DNA of 58,118 nt, the filler included, from Sphacelaria rigidula (Eukaryota): NCBI GenBank assembly GCA_964200075.2. It is 9 parts of 9 records of this genome, joined end to end, with 100 filler letters (N's around TTAATTAATTAA, not from the genome) between each part and the next. Parts side by side here need not be neighbours in the genome. Positions count along the whole stretch, not along the records: positions 38,815 to 45,182 come from CAXNAA020020493.1; positions 45,283 to 51,650 come from CAXNAA020020494.1; positions 51,751 to 58,118 come from CAXNAA020020495.1; 6 more parts are not named here. One strand, given 5' to 3'. Position 1 is the first letter of the stretch, and each line of letters begins with the position of its first letter. This document shows positions 41,976 through 54,442 of this stretch, in pieces. Both the position numbers and the translations under genes were made by a program. The notes beneath the pieces are model-generated. The model saw only the letters and a list, made by a program, of their open reading frames with translations, was not told where the DNA came from and ran no database searches.

Positions 41976-43546
41976 TTATCACATTGTGGGGAGGAACCAT
42001 TTTTTTACTGAGCGAAGGAGAAACGCATCAAACGGTATAGGGTGGCTGATACTCGAGATATGTACGTTCCTGTGGATGAATCGTGTGGTGGCCCGCGGTG
42101 TAGGTGCAAGCCCGAAACGCTACATGTATATGTCAACCGCACCGCCGAAAAGTATATGCGGGTGTGGAAAACGCAAAATACTGGTGGTGCCCTTGAGTTT
42201 TTCGAGATGGGGGGCAGAGAATGAAGGTAAAAGGAATCGTCCAATTCTAGGGGCCGAAGAGAAGCGAGGGAAAATTCGAAGCGAGGGGGGGCGCAGACAA
42301 TGACATAATGGTGTAGAATACACGTATACGACCTGAAAATATGCAGGGAAACACCATCGCATCGGACAGGAATACAGCGGGGGCGGGAGGGGATGCATGC
42401 TTCGTTACCTGTGCTGTCGCGATATCTGCTCTCTCACCTGTCTGTGCCGTGTGTCAACAGCGAGCACATCGATAACGCGAATGCCGTTTGGGCTGCTGCG
42501 TCCGCTTGCATGGACACGTACTTGAGTGGTTCCATGTTCGCCTTTGCTCGAATGGCACCGGAGCTGATGCAATCGCTGTCGGTCTGCCGTCAACACCTGA
42601 AGGAGCGGCGGGATGTCGACGTGCAACTTTTTCAGAGGCGGCTGGTAGTGCACTAGGCTCTGCGGGATTGGTTAAGCTCACTTCCCGATCACGACACCTC
42701 AACCAATACGCGTGCTTAGGCCCGTGAAGACCTGTCTGTCGTTAGCGGCTCGAATGAGGCACTCTACTCGCGGGATAGCATGCCTTCAGAGGAGGATGAA
42801 ATGGTGCTGGGCGAGGGGAGGGACACAACGGCCGAGGCGTCCAAATCCACGCCCTACTAGCGCAACTGTACGATGACAAAAGGCCTTGAGTCCTGAACAA
42901 GCCGAGGGTGGCGAAGATGCATGCTGACAATACATGAATAGGAGGTGATGGTGACATATTGTTTACAGCTAAGAAGTGAAAAATCTACCTCGGCGTACCA
43001 GAGGCACAGCCCGGTGCAGAAAACTGCGCAATTCAGTTGTCGTTGAGTGCATCGATGTGCGTCCTTCTCGCGGTTGAACCAACACCAAGTTATTCATCAA
43101 GAGTACGAGGCCAGAGTCTCCTCATGACTTCTGGGGATTGGGATGTCGTAGCCTACTCGCGGCATTTTTTTGTTGTGGGAACGCTACATACAGAATGAGC
43201 TCACGATATTCTTACCTTCATATGCTCAGCTTGCCCCGCTGCGGCCTTCTTCATCGTGTCGGGGTCTGCCGTTACCCTCACACCTGCTGTCCCATTCAGG
43301 GTGTCGTGGAAAAGCGTGCAGCTGTGACACTTCATAAGCTAGCATCCGGAGCGCATCTTGTAGTGTGGGCGGTGTTTCCGCAGCGTGAGGTAAAAATAGG
43401 CCATGCTAACGGCTGCCGCTCCGACACGAGTCGCCTCTCCCACGTAAGTGTCGTACAATTCCTGCCGAACGTTGCGGTGGATCGAGGGGAATAGGTAACG
43501 CCATGGGTCGTGCGAATCTGCGCTTGCGTGGAATCGATAGTGGAGA

Positions 43547-43568
43547 GGGTCATGCTACGGTAGGACAG

Positions 43569-43605
<37 letters not shown>

Positions 43606-43911
43606 GTGTCGCGTTTNNNNNNNNNNGGGGGGTGGCGGTTCGAGGCGGAGGGGGGTGTGGGGGGGGGGGTGTGTGGTCAGGGAGATTTTGGGCCTTTATT
43701 GTTTGGTATGATATTGTACTTGAAGTTGCCGTCGGTAGCAGCAGCGGTTGTTCCAACGCGCCTGTCCTAGATGAATAACACTCGCTCATACTGCTTTGCT
43801 CAGCTTTTACCCCAGAACTAGTGCACCGCGAGCGTCTTGGGTCGTCTGCAGTATCTATGGACCAATGGTTTCGTGGGTTCAACCACTTCCCTGCCTTTCG
43901 CAGCGTGACTC
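43547..43911. mobile_element. Sola2-like MITE subfamily B inserted in the transposase pseudogene
   Basis: GGGTCATGCTACGGTAGG...CGCAGCGTGACTC; interior similar to 54179-54442; contains a small N gap; TSD not clean. Confidence 0.65.
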
Positions 43912-44487
43912 GACGAAAGATACGTGACGAAAAACGTTTGAAAGGCGCGCCTGTTGCTGGAAAAGAAGTATCGATTACGGATGGTGAGTCTCGGTGAGTG
44001 TGCTCTCAACGCCGCGCGGTTGCGCCACTGCGTGGTGGGAGCGGCTTTCCTCACGGCACAAATAAGATTTGCAAGTGCAGCTGCTGAGCGCGCACACGGG
44101 ACTACGGGTGAATGAGTCAGAGACTCGCCAACCGCTGTTCGTGCGTACCTTCTTGTTGCGCATGTAGAAATATTTCGCATCCTCGTGGGGCATGATTTTA
44201 CCGTACACGTCGGCATACCAATCCAGGTAAGCGAGGAGAGTTCGCTCGCGGTCGGACTCTTTCCTCGCCTGACAGCCGCCGCGATTCCTGACATATGCAT
44301 TGTCGAAATAGGCGCGTCGACACGCATTTACGGGCGGTGGTTATTGTGTGCCGTGCATTGTGGTTTGGCGTATATGTCTGACATGCTCGAACCGCGGTAC
44401 GGGGAAATTCAAGGCCAACAGGGATCAGAATGCCCTTAGACGTGGAGTACTTCTGTGGTGGTGCTTCACGGTTACTGTTGGGATGAG

Positions 44488-45127
44488 ATACAGGCTGGGC
44501 GAGTCTACAAGCGGATTTGTACTTTGCAGGCGAATTCGCATTTTGTTTTTTGAGTTGGGCGGTGAAATTTGGTACGGACAATCAACAGTGCATGAAGTAC
44601 AGCTGTCTGAGGTCCCGAAGAAATTTGTGAAGTTGGTTTACAAGTATATTCAATTTTTTCATTGATCGCGGGCGTTTGAGTATGGCAGCGACCATTTCTT
44701 TACGAGAACGCCCGAACCTCTCATTAATAAGTAATGAAGACCTATTTTTTCTACTCTGCATCTCTGTCGTTTTGCATGCCAAGTTTCAACCCACAATTCC
44801 GAAAACCGACCTGAAGAATTCAGAAGATAGAATCTAGGAGTAATAAGTATTTCTCCTCGAAACTCCCCAAAAATCACGAAACAAAATGAAAAAAACGAAA
44901 AATCACGATAAAGCCGTGATTTTTATTTTATCATGCACTAGCGGTTCTCCGTACCGAAGCTCATAGCACGACTCCCAAGAACTGAGACGCGAAATCCAGA
45001 TGTATGTAATCTAGTGCCTCTGCTCGTAATCTGTTGGTTTTGGTATGAACACCTATGTGCGCCGTACGTCGAGATCGGTATCGAATTAGGTCAAGGTGAG
45101 GGGGTATATCGTCTCCCCGTGCTCCAG
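44488..45127. repeat. Dispersed repeat, possibly the subterminal region of the transposase-bearing element
   Basis: Colinear similarity with 50606-51550, from atacaggctggg to atcgtctccccgtgctccag. Confidence 0.75.
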
Positions 45128-45182
45128 GGGGTGTACTCATGATCATGCCTGCCATAGTCATCAGACCATTGACCTCGCATCC

Positions 45183-45282
45183 NNNNNNNNNNNNNNNNNN
45201 NNNNNNNNNNNNNNNNNNNNNNNNNNTTAATTAATTAANNNNNNNNNNNNNNNNNNNNNNNNNNNNNNNNNNNNNNNNNNNN
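45183..45282. other. Artificial scaffold spacer
   Basis: N-TTAATTAATTAA-N, 100 nt. Confidence 0.97.
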
Positions 45283-45933
45283 AATTTGAGTCCCCCCTAT
45301 TTTTTCAAAATCAGGGTCCAAAAAAATCGGGGTTCGTTTGCCATAAAAGTGTGTCTGAGGTTGGGCGCTGCAACAGTGCGCGAGGGGATGAAAAGAGCTC
45401 AGATTTCCCCCCCCCCAAACTTGTTTTTCTGTATTGATTTTGGCGAAGGACTGCAGAGTGCTCTCTGTGTTGTATATGCCGACTGTGACGCAGTTTAAAT
45501 TCCCTAGAGGGTGATGATTTTTTGGGCTCGAGAGATCATTACACGGAGGGTGTCATTCATGGGGTTGGTGCTATACGACATACTCCAACACAGTACCGTA
45601 CGATAGATATTGGTATGGTGCCGAAAATAGCTGAAGACTCACCACCTAGGGGTGAGCATCTGGGGGTGGTATTCAGCGTAAACAATCACACCCTCACACG
45701 CAGGCACCCAACCGCGAAAATTAAAAGACACACGAATCATGAGCGTTCAAAACAATTGATGCACTCAGCAGTTTACTTCCGCAATGCCACCGCACACGAG
45801 GTGTATGAAATGCTGAATACACATGCACGGCCGCAGATAATGACGAGAGAGTACGGCAGGGTAGGAACCGCTCCACACAAGCCCTACATAACAGTACTAT
45901 TGTTGTGTGTTGTGTTTTACACGTGTAAATCAC

Positions 45934-46802
45934 CTGCCACTTCCATCTCCAAAATTCTGGCGGCCCATGCCTCCTCCATAACGACCACCACGACCAGCGT
46001 TACTCCTGCCTTCATTGTAGCCCCCCGAATAACCTCTGCCTCCCCTTCCCCGCTGCCCCCCATCGCCACCACCGCCCCGAGATGGGTAGCGATCACCGTC
46101 CCCTCGCCCGCCGGAGACGCTGCGCCGCTGTTGTCCCCGGTCGCCATCACGATAACTGTTGCCGTTGTTGCGGTCATCTGTCATGTAGTCCCCCCAATCA
46201 CCATAACCTTTGGCCAACAGTCTAGTGGGCGTGGTAGTGGATTTGTTGCTGATGCTGGCGCTGTGCGGCAGCTGAAAAGGTCTTCGACCAGGAGGTGCCA
46301 TTGCAGCACTCAAGCATGTCATGGCGGTTGAACCACTAGTAGTACCGCAACAACGGCCATGGTCGACGCAGTCACCACGGCTACCTACGAAAGATGATGA
46401 TGATACCGAAGCTGGCGCAAGAGGCCCAAACCTAGCAGCAAGCTGGCTGCCGCTCGCTGTGGGTAGCAAACCGTCCACCTTCCTGAGCACACTACTGAAG
46501 CAAAGCAAGGTTGTCACCAGCGTCGCCGACAGCGCTACGCGTGCATGTACTTGACTTGAGTGGGCAGTTGCTGGGGTTGAAGGTACGGCTGCTGACAGCC
46601 CACCGTTACTGCTGACAACCTGCCGCCGCCGCCGCCGCAGCTTCCGCAGCGATCGAGCGTCACCGGTATCCAACGCCTTTGGGAAGCCCTGGTTTCCTTC
46701 TATCGATGGAAGCCCCGTACTCGCATGCGCGGGGAACGCCATGCTGTAAGTCACGTGATCCAGCCAGGAGTGTGATGTGGCTATGTCGTTAGGGCGTAGC
46801 AT
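45934..46802 (-). CDS. First exon of a probably plastid-targeted protein with an RGG/Gly-rich region (putative RNA-binding or RNA-modifying protein)
   Basis: 290-codon ORF; hydrophobic VALSATLVTTLLCFSSVLRKVDG-L, S/T/A-rich transit-like segment ending TRLLA, then RGG repeats; cag|gtga donor at 45933; true start could be ATG 46802 or the next in-frame ATG. Confidence 0.7.
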
Positions 46803-47889
46803 CCTGCCGTGGTTTCATGATATACCTATGGAGTACCCGAGTTTTCAAAGGGGGTACCCATCCTAACAACCGCGATCCCGAACGGTTTCGTGCAGAATCT
46901 CACACGAGCACAGGAGTGACAGTTGAAGTGGGAAAGACTGATAGGTGAGTCAGGTTGTCGTGTACTGATGGGCCATCACACATCAGCCACTCTTCTGCTT
47001 CCATGTTGCAGCCGGTAGTTGGCGGCTGTGGTAAATAATATGGGGGTGATTCTTTTCCGAGTTCTGAGGGATACGATACGCCTTCCTTCCTGTGCACTGA
47101 CTAATGTACTCTACTGTCTGAAACTATAAGAGAGCATGATGTACCGATAGCCTGAGGATGATGCAATATAACACCCCCTCACCATTTATTCAACCTCGGG
47201 CGTTCTCGAGACACTGCGCCCTATGCTGTAGGTATAATTCCGTGTTGCTTTAAGGTGATAATAAGTGTCCACAGACACACTTGCTCATGAGATTTGGTCC
47301 TGTTCGATATCGCGGAATCGAGGTTGCACAACTTGCGGGATGTTATTCACCGTCATATATCGTAGAGCAAAGTTGTATGAGACGGTACAGTCAGTTAGTT
47401 GAACGTGCATGTCGCTGTTTTACCGCCGATCAGCACTGGGTCTTACAGTCTGTGCAAGCTCTTGAAAAATGGAGCCGTCTCTGATTTCGAAGTCCGTCGC
47501 AATGCACGCTCACTGTGTTTGGGTGCCACCTATGCTGGCACGCCTGTCGCACTACTGTTGTCTATAGATATGGTCCAAAACGTCGCTGGTGATGTCACCA
47601 ACATTCAGAAGGAAACGGTTCAACCGACTTTTAAAGGGTCATTTCCAGCGAAGATACAACCATCTGTTGGGGCACATTTACGATACTTGTACAGTAACCC
47701 ACGCCACGTTTTCAAGGGTCGGACCAATAATGATTCGTCTGAAAATTACTTGGTTTAATATCATGATTCGACTCGTGACGAATCAATCCGTAGGCTTTAT
47801 TTCAGCGTTGCAACGCAGGTACACGCAGCCCAGACACGTGGAATGGCTCAAAAATTGCGTGGATACCCCTTGGACCAGCNNNNNNNNNN

Positions 47890-48720
47890 TTTCCTCCCTA
47901 TTGGGCAATCAGGCCGAAGAAATCGTGAATTTGGTGATATTGAGTCGTGATGATTTGTACTATCCGTCCACGTTTTTGATATCTTCGAGTTCAGTACAGG
48001 CTGTGCCGCCCAAGATGCGAACAGGAATATTTACGGGCGATTTCACTGCTCAACTTTCACTCGTTTTCCATATAATTTTGACATAATGTACATGACACGT
48101 GTGCGAAGACCGTAGCTGTCCTCTCCTACATTTTATTTTCTTCGTGAATTGTTTGCCATTTAACTCCGAAAAATGTTCCGAAATGCTACGTCGACAACAA
48201 CTCACGAGGAAATTAGAATTCACGGGAGGAAAGATGGGGTATTCGCACACACGTCCTGTACATCGCGCCAAAAGTAAACGACCCAAAATTGAGCAGTGAA
48301 ATCACGTTTTCGTATCGGAAACCGGCTCCCGTGTGGAGATGGACCAGCCACGACGCGAACAAGAAACTCTGAACCGTGGCTACACTGTTCAATTTCAAGT
48401 TGCTTTCCATAAGATTTTGACACGATGTGTATGAAGTATGTTTCAAGACCCTAGTCCCCCCCCCCCTCGTGACTTTTTCATTGTTTGATGAGTTGTCGAG
48501 AATTTTGCACCGAGAAAACTGTTCCGAAATTTGGATTCCCCAAAGCTCACGAGACATGAAGAAGTGAAGGGATAACAGTAGGGACTTCGCACATGCTTCA
48601 TGTACATCGTGTCAAAACTTCATAGTAAACGACTGAAAATTAATTGAGCAGCGCAATCGCGTTTTTCTGTCGAAAACCAGTTGAACTTATAGAGTACAAC
48701 GACCCCAGTCGGAACTTTGA
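47890..48720. repeat. Repeat-derived region with internal direct and inverted duplications
   Basis: 47903-47960 matches 25877-25931; ~48178-48325 resembles ~48512-48680; ~48040-48105 is an inverse copy of part of it. Confidence 0.6.
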
Positions 48721-49550
48721 CGTTTTTGCAGGCTTTTTTCACCCACTGCTCACCGGTTCGCACACTACTACCAGACGCCTTGGCGCGCTGAGGGCCTCGT
48801 CTGCGTGCCATCTCAGACACTGCACGCCTACAGGACATGCGTTGTTGTACAACCACTTTTGCGGCACCACCACTTTGCGACCGCGACACAACCGACTGTG
48901 GGCGAAAAAATGGTTTCAGCCGTTTCCCCCCCACAATTCCGCCGCATATGTCGCCCTCAACTCTCTACACTTCGCAGCTGACTACAGTTTGGTATTTCGT
49001 TTGATGGAAACTTGTCGGATCGCAGTGCTACGTAGATTGAAAGACGTGCGTTGATTTGCAGATTACCACGATGTGCAGTATTGATATAGAGGGCACCACT
49101 CGCAATGCATCGTCAGTTAGAACGGGCTGAAGAAAAGTGGGCTACTTGGGGCCTGCACACTGGAAAACTCATCAAGGGCCCAAAGTTTGAGAGATGGCGG
49201 ACAACACGATTACACAAAGAACATTGATTAAGTTGAATTTGGGCGTGGGGTGCATGGTGACGCAGGGGACGAAAAAACAGCCGTCCGCGGGGGGGTGGTT
49301 TTTACCGGCATGCAGGGGGCGATATTCACCGTTTTAGCCTAAACCGTGAGAGTAACAAGGCATTTGGATGATATAAAAGTGTCTCACTTGAAACGTGAAA
49401 ATAATGAAAACATCAGAAATGTTTCCTTGCCCGAGTCTTTAATGAATGCACCTCACCCCCCCCCCCACAGAAAAAAACATGACTGCACGAATGGCGATGT
49501 ACCTATTATAAACACACGAACGCATCGGTGAAAAAGGTGTAAACAGTTGA

Positions 49551-49785
49551 ACACGTCGGACAATTCATGAGTTGACTCAGATATGCTGTATAACTCACCC
49601 GGCCCGAATATATACCTCTGAGTCATCTTCTAAACTCTCACCCAGCCAGGATATGTACCGCTGACTTATCTTCTATAACTCACCTGACCATAATATGCAC
49701 CGCCGAGTTATTTTGCTATCACTCACGGGTGAGTTATGGGGAAAACAGTTAACTCGACTTAATCTGAGTTGAGTTTCCGACGTGT
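49551..49785. mobile_element. MITE-like element with ACACGTCGGA termini and internal ~43 bp tandem units
   Basis: acacgtcgga..actcagat / atctgagt..tccgacgtgt; three units of tataactcacc..atatRtacc..gagttatcttc. Confidence 0.65.
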
Positions 49786-50605
49786 GAGCAATCGAGTATT
49801 TATCCTCGACCCTTCTTTTCTCCCCACCAGGAGGTGAAATCTCTCTGTCTCCTCCCCGAACACAACGTGGGTTTTCCTACCGTTTTCTCTTGATACAGCA
49901 GCATTTACACACGAATGGCGACGTCCATGAACACGCGGGAGACATGGTTTGAAGCATTCACTCCGTACTATCCCTTTACAACCTCTTACTTCCCTCATCC
50001 GCTTTCCAGGGGATAAAAACGACTCATCCCCTCCCTGAACAATCTCAGTGGGGAGAGGGTGTAATCCGACGTTTGAGCCATTTGCGGCCGCCAAACAATG
50101 ACTCTGACCACGTGACCTGTACCAAGCTAAAACATACAATCGAACCTAAGTAGTGATACATTTACATTCCGTTTTCCTAAACAGGACTGCAGACCCCCCG
50201 GGGAGGTTTTGCTCTATCCCCTCCAGAAGTACGCGCAGGGGTCATAATCCACCGTCAGGTCCCTGTTACATACGAATGACGATGCCCCCGAACACGCAGG
50301 AGGCATCATTCGAACGTTCTTACCTCATCCTACTCCTTTATAACCCCTTCCTCCCCCCGCTCATCCTCCCTGGGGATAAAATCAAATCATCCCCTCCCCC
50401 AACGGTGACGAAGCCAGTACAGGAGCAGGTCCAACCGTGGACTGTTCGAGAGGCCCGAAACTCTCGTGACTGTACAGCCGAATTTCCGGGACCCCAGGCA
50501 ACAGCTCTCAACAGGGCAACAGCTCCACATATTAAGCGCCACCGTTGAGCCCTGAGGAGTTCACACTCTGGACAAAGGACACATTAAAAGTTCATTGCTT
50601 CAGCA

Positions 50606-51550
50606 ATACAGGCTGGGCCAGCCTACAAGCGGATTTGTACTTTGCAGGCGAATTCGCAATTTTTTTCTTGGAGTTAGAAAGTGAAATTTGTTTTTTTTCA
50701 ATCAACAGGGCACGAAGAAAAGCTGTATGTGAGGTCACAACGATTTCTTTTTTTCGTGAGTTAAGGGCATTCCTGAAACCTCAAAACTGATTTTTGCCTC
50801 TAATTCACGGAGAAAAAAAAATCGTTGGGACCTCACAGACAGCTCTTCTTCATGCCCTGTTGATCGTCCATACCAAATTTCACTCTCCAATTCCAAGAAA
50901 AAAATTGCGAATTTACCTTCGAAAAACCGAGGCGGCGGAAATTAGGAACAGTATTTTGCAGGCCGTTTATCGGCCCACGTTTGGTGTTCGTGGGTTGAAA
51001 CTTTGTGCGGGACCTTGCTAGGTCGTAATGAACCAAGAAAATGGGTGAGGTTGGGTTTTATTATTATTTTTCAATGATTGAGGGTGTTTTGGTATAGTCA
51101 CGATGATTTTTTTACGAGAACGCCCGAACCTCTCATGAAAAAAAAAAAATGAAGGCCCAATTTGTTTTTTTTCTCAGCATACCTCTGTCGTTCTCCGTGC
51201 CAAGTTTCAAATCACAATTCTAAAAATTGAGCTGAAAAATTGAGATGAGCCCAAGAGCAGTGTTCATTTTTCCTCAAAACCCCCCTACAAACACGAAAAA
51301 AGATGAGAAAAACGAGAAAAAAAAAAACCATAAAGCTGCATTTTTCTATTTTATTATGCACTAGCGGTTCTCCATACCAAATTTCATAGCACAGCTGTCA
51401 CAAACTGAGACGCGATATCCAGATTTAGGTAATCTCGTGCCTCTGCTCGTAATATACTGATTTTAGTATGTAACCTTATGTGCGCCATTTCTCGAGATAG
51501 ATAACGAAGTAGGTGAAAGTGAGGGTATCTATCGTCTCCCCGTGCTCCAG
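50606..51550. repeat. Second copy of the 44488-45127 repeat, with an internal hairpin
   Basis: Colinear similarity; 50646-50918 forms a long inverted repeat. Confidence 0.75.
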
Positions 51551-51650
51551 AGAAGGTCCACACCAAAAATCGTCATCATCCGCTTGATCGACCGTTCGGG
51601 GTTTCATATAGATTTTAGTGTGGAAGCTATCTCCGCTAGGTATAGGAATT

Positions 51651-51750
51651 NNNNNNNNNNNNNNNNNNNNNNNNNNNNNNNNNNNNNNNNNNNNTTAATT
51701 AATTAANNNNNNNNNNNNNNNNNNNNNNNNNNNNNNNNNNNNNNNNNNNN
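51651..51750. other. Artificial scaffold spacer
   Basis: N-TTAATTAATTAA-N, 100 nt. Confidence 0.97.
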
Positions 51751-53063
51751 GGATGCGAGGTCAATGGTCTGATGACTATGGCATGCATGATCATGAGTAC
51801 ACCCCCTCCCTCCCCTCCCCGCTGCTACCGCGACACATGTTGCAAGCTTGTGGTCGGTTCATGGCTATTTCGTCTGCGTTATCCTGTCTTTCCAGTCCTT
51901 TTTTTCTTACCCGGTATGCGGAACTATCTAGTATGTTTTTTCATATTCCGCGTGTGGGTTTCGGTCAACCCCGGCCCGGCGTGGCCACCCGTTTATCCTG
52001 ATGATCCACCCGGATCATAGTTGTTGTTGACAGAGGATTCTGGAAAATGGGGTTGAGGTTTTGAACGGGGCTGAACCCACCTTCCGAAAATTCACACTTT
52101 CCCAAGAACAGTTTTTGCAAAAACAACCAACTGAGGGTTTTATTTGTCTGCTGAAACTTCCCTTAGCTTGCCTTGTTGCGCGTTGCATCTCCTTTCGTAC
52201 CTTCGAAAAGGCTCTCATCAGGTGAGAGGGGCAGCTTTCGTCGACTTCCTTCGGGTTTTATCAAATATTGGGTTAGGGAATACTCTCATGAGAAGTAAAG
52301 TGTCGCCGTTGGTGTTTTTGAAGAATAAAAAAGTCCGTTGCTGGAAACGTTTTACAGATGGAAAAATGGGAATGTCAACAAACCTGACGGCCCCATCCCC
52401 GAGCTTAACAACCCATGGTGTCGACCATATCCTGTCCGAACGCAACTGTAGCCGGTTACCTCCCGAGTCAGGAAACCTGACGATCTGGTGGAAGTCACCG
52501 TCCGCCGTGGTCGCATGAAACAGTATACAACGATCCAACGGCGTCCCTTCTCCCCGACCTCGAAGCGCTCAGTCCTATAATCTTAGTAACGACTCTCCTA
52601 GTCCCCGACCCTGATGGTTCAGTGAACCAGGTTACAATGGGGCCATTCGTAGTGGACTATGTTGATGGTCATGAGCAGGGGGTAGGAACCGGCGCGCTGG
52701 GCAAATTCCAGTACCACCTCAAGCTCAAGGAATCGTCTCCTCACCGTGGAGTGTGGCGGCAATGCCGTACTATCCCACAATATCACGACATGTTGATATC
52801 CTCCCGTGCTGCAGCTTTGTCCAAGGACCCAGCAGCGTTTGGACCCCCACGGAGCAAGTCTTGTCGACAGTTCTGAAATCAACTAACGTTTTTGGGCCTG
52901 TCTGTGAAGACCGATGTCTGGAATTTGCAGCAGCTTTTGTCCTCGTGAGGTCAGCAGCAATGGCCCGTAATTACTCCGGAGTGGTGCCACGGCATGGGTC
53001 TACTAATATTTTATCATGTTCAAATTGTCGAGAGACATATTTCACCCAAAAAACGACTAATTA

Positions 53064-53494
53064 AACACGGGCTTTTACAAATCGGGGATGGATCTTTCAT
53101 TGAGGATGAAAACCTGGAGGATCAAAATCGTCGTATCCACACCAAATCTTCGAAGTTTGCTTCCATTTCTTCACTTGCTGGTAGCTATTGACAATTACTA
53201 CACGCCATACAAGGTTGGATTTCGATAACCGAAATGTCGAGGTCCTGGGTGAAAAACCAATCTTGGGGGCTTTCAGGTGTCCGATCGGACGCCAATATTG
53301 GTTTTTCACGTGGGACCTAGATATTTTGGTTATCGAAATCCAACCTTGTATGGCCTGTAGTAGTTGTCAATAGCTATCAGCGAGTGAAGAAATGGAAGCA
53401 AACTTCGAAGATTTGGTGTGGATACGACGATTTTAATCCTCCGGGTTTTCGTCCTCAATAAAAGATCCATCCCCAATTCGTAAAATCCCATGTT
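53064..53494. mobile_element. Foldback MITE (family F1)
   Basis: aacacgggcttttacaaatcgggg...ccccaattcgtaaaatcccatgtt; flanked by ATTA on both sides. Confidence 0.88.
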
Positions 53495-53690
53495 ATTATA
53501 TGAAATATGCGAGAGCACGCTAGCTACGATTAGTATTGCAATGAGCTAGGGATGTCCCGAATGAGTTTTGAAACGGCAATGCCTGGACCAATATTCGTGA
53601 GCGGCTCCTAGCATAGCGTCCGCAGCCCCAAGATGGAAAAAAAATGAATGAATACAGGCCCTAGTAGAGGTGCAAGGATGGAACAACCAT

Positions 53691-53939
53691 GAACAATGCT
53701 ACGATAGGGGTGCACTTGTTGCGCAATATCTTGTCTGGTTTAGGGGCTCCTAACGATTCCAGATGCACAAGAATATCGATCAGGGCATCCCCGTCTGCAA
53801 ATTCATTCGGGATCTCCATACGAGTAGCACATTGGGATGGTAATCCTGGCGTACTCTCTGATATCTCATAAGTCGTGTTTCGGATGAGATGAAGAGCTCC
53901 TAACAATTCTCACCTCAGAAAAAGATTTGTGCACCCCTC
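53691..53939. mobile_element. Sola2-like MITE subfamily A with an internally deleted right TIR
   Basis: GAACAATGCTACGATAGGGG...GCACCCCTC; CCAT on both flanks; interior matches 24531-24787. Confidence 0.8.
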
Positions 53940-54178
53940 CCATGTGGTTCTTGTTGCTATGGTTGGTGATCTTAGTTTTGTTTTTTGCTGTTTGGCTTCG
54001 CGTGTTGGATGGGCACACTGCGCTCCTCACCCAGTAGTCCGGATGGCCGCCTGCGGCATCGGATCTTACAGAAACATTTCTTCTCTTTTTTTGTATCGCG
54101 CCTGTGTTAAATCTGCTGGGCCCCATTTAATTTTTCTGTGACATTCATTTTCCTCATACATTATTATGATGTAGTTGG

Positions 54179-54442
54179 GAGTGATGCTACGATGGGGGGG
54201 GGGGTGTTTTTGGGCCGTTTTCTTCGACGAAATTCCACTTCAATCGCCGTTGAAAGCACTAACAGTTCTTCGAACGCGCTTGCTTCGGATTTATAACGCT
54301 CACTCATAGTGATGTCCACCGCTTCTACAATACAAGCGCACCGCGAGTGTTTTAGGTCGTTGGACGTATCTAGGAGCACATTTATTCGTGGAATCGAACC
54401 CCCTCCTCCCCCCCCCCCCCTCACCCTATCGTAGCACGGCTC
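54179..54442. mobile_element. Sola2-like MITE subfamily B
   Basis: GAGTGATGCTACGAT...ATCGTAGCACGGCTC; TSD TTGG. Confidence 0.85.

Larger units (their letters stand above)
39150..44210 (-). pseudogene. Spliced, decayed Sola-type (probably Sola2) DDD transposase
   Basis: Manual translation. Exon ending 43216: ELYDTY..VSMAYFY..RPHYK..MKCHSC..AEHMK|gtaag. Exon ending 40367: HGANLICT..LCLQLDNCVGKNESHIVLGYLGCLVARGII..INFMMV*HAHIMIDQVFSR|gt. Next exon from 39571: cag|(R)ISIHCKG..FRKAYK..GNFK..IRGVTQPRSF. Stops and frameshifts present; outer boundaries approximate. Confidence 0.8.

Noticed and set aside
45108..45124. GAGCACGGGGAGACGAT as the terminal repeat of the autonomous Sola element
   Set aside because: Similarity with the paralogous copy continues past the CTC, and no partner TIR or TSD was found
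45522..46331. 269-aa plus-strand ORF
   Set aside because: Antisense to the Gly/Arg-rich exon; no recognisable domain
52015..53000. Coding-like minus-strand fragments
   Set aside because: Stop-ridden, with no motif I could recognise in any frame
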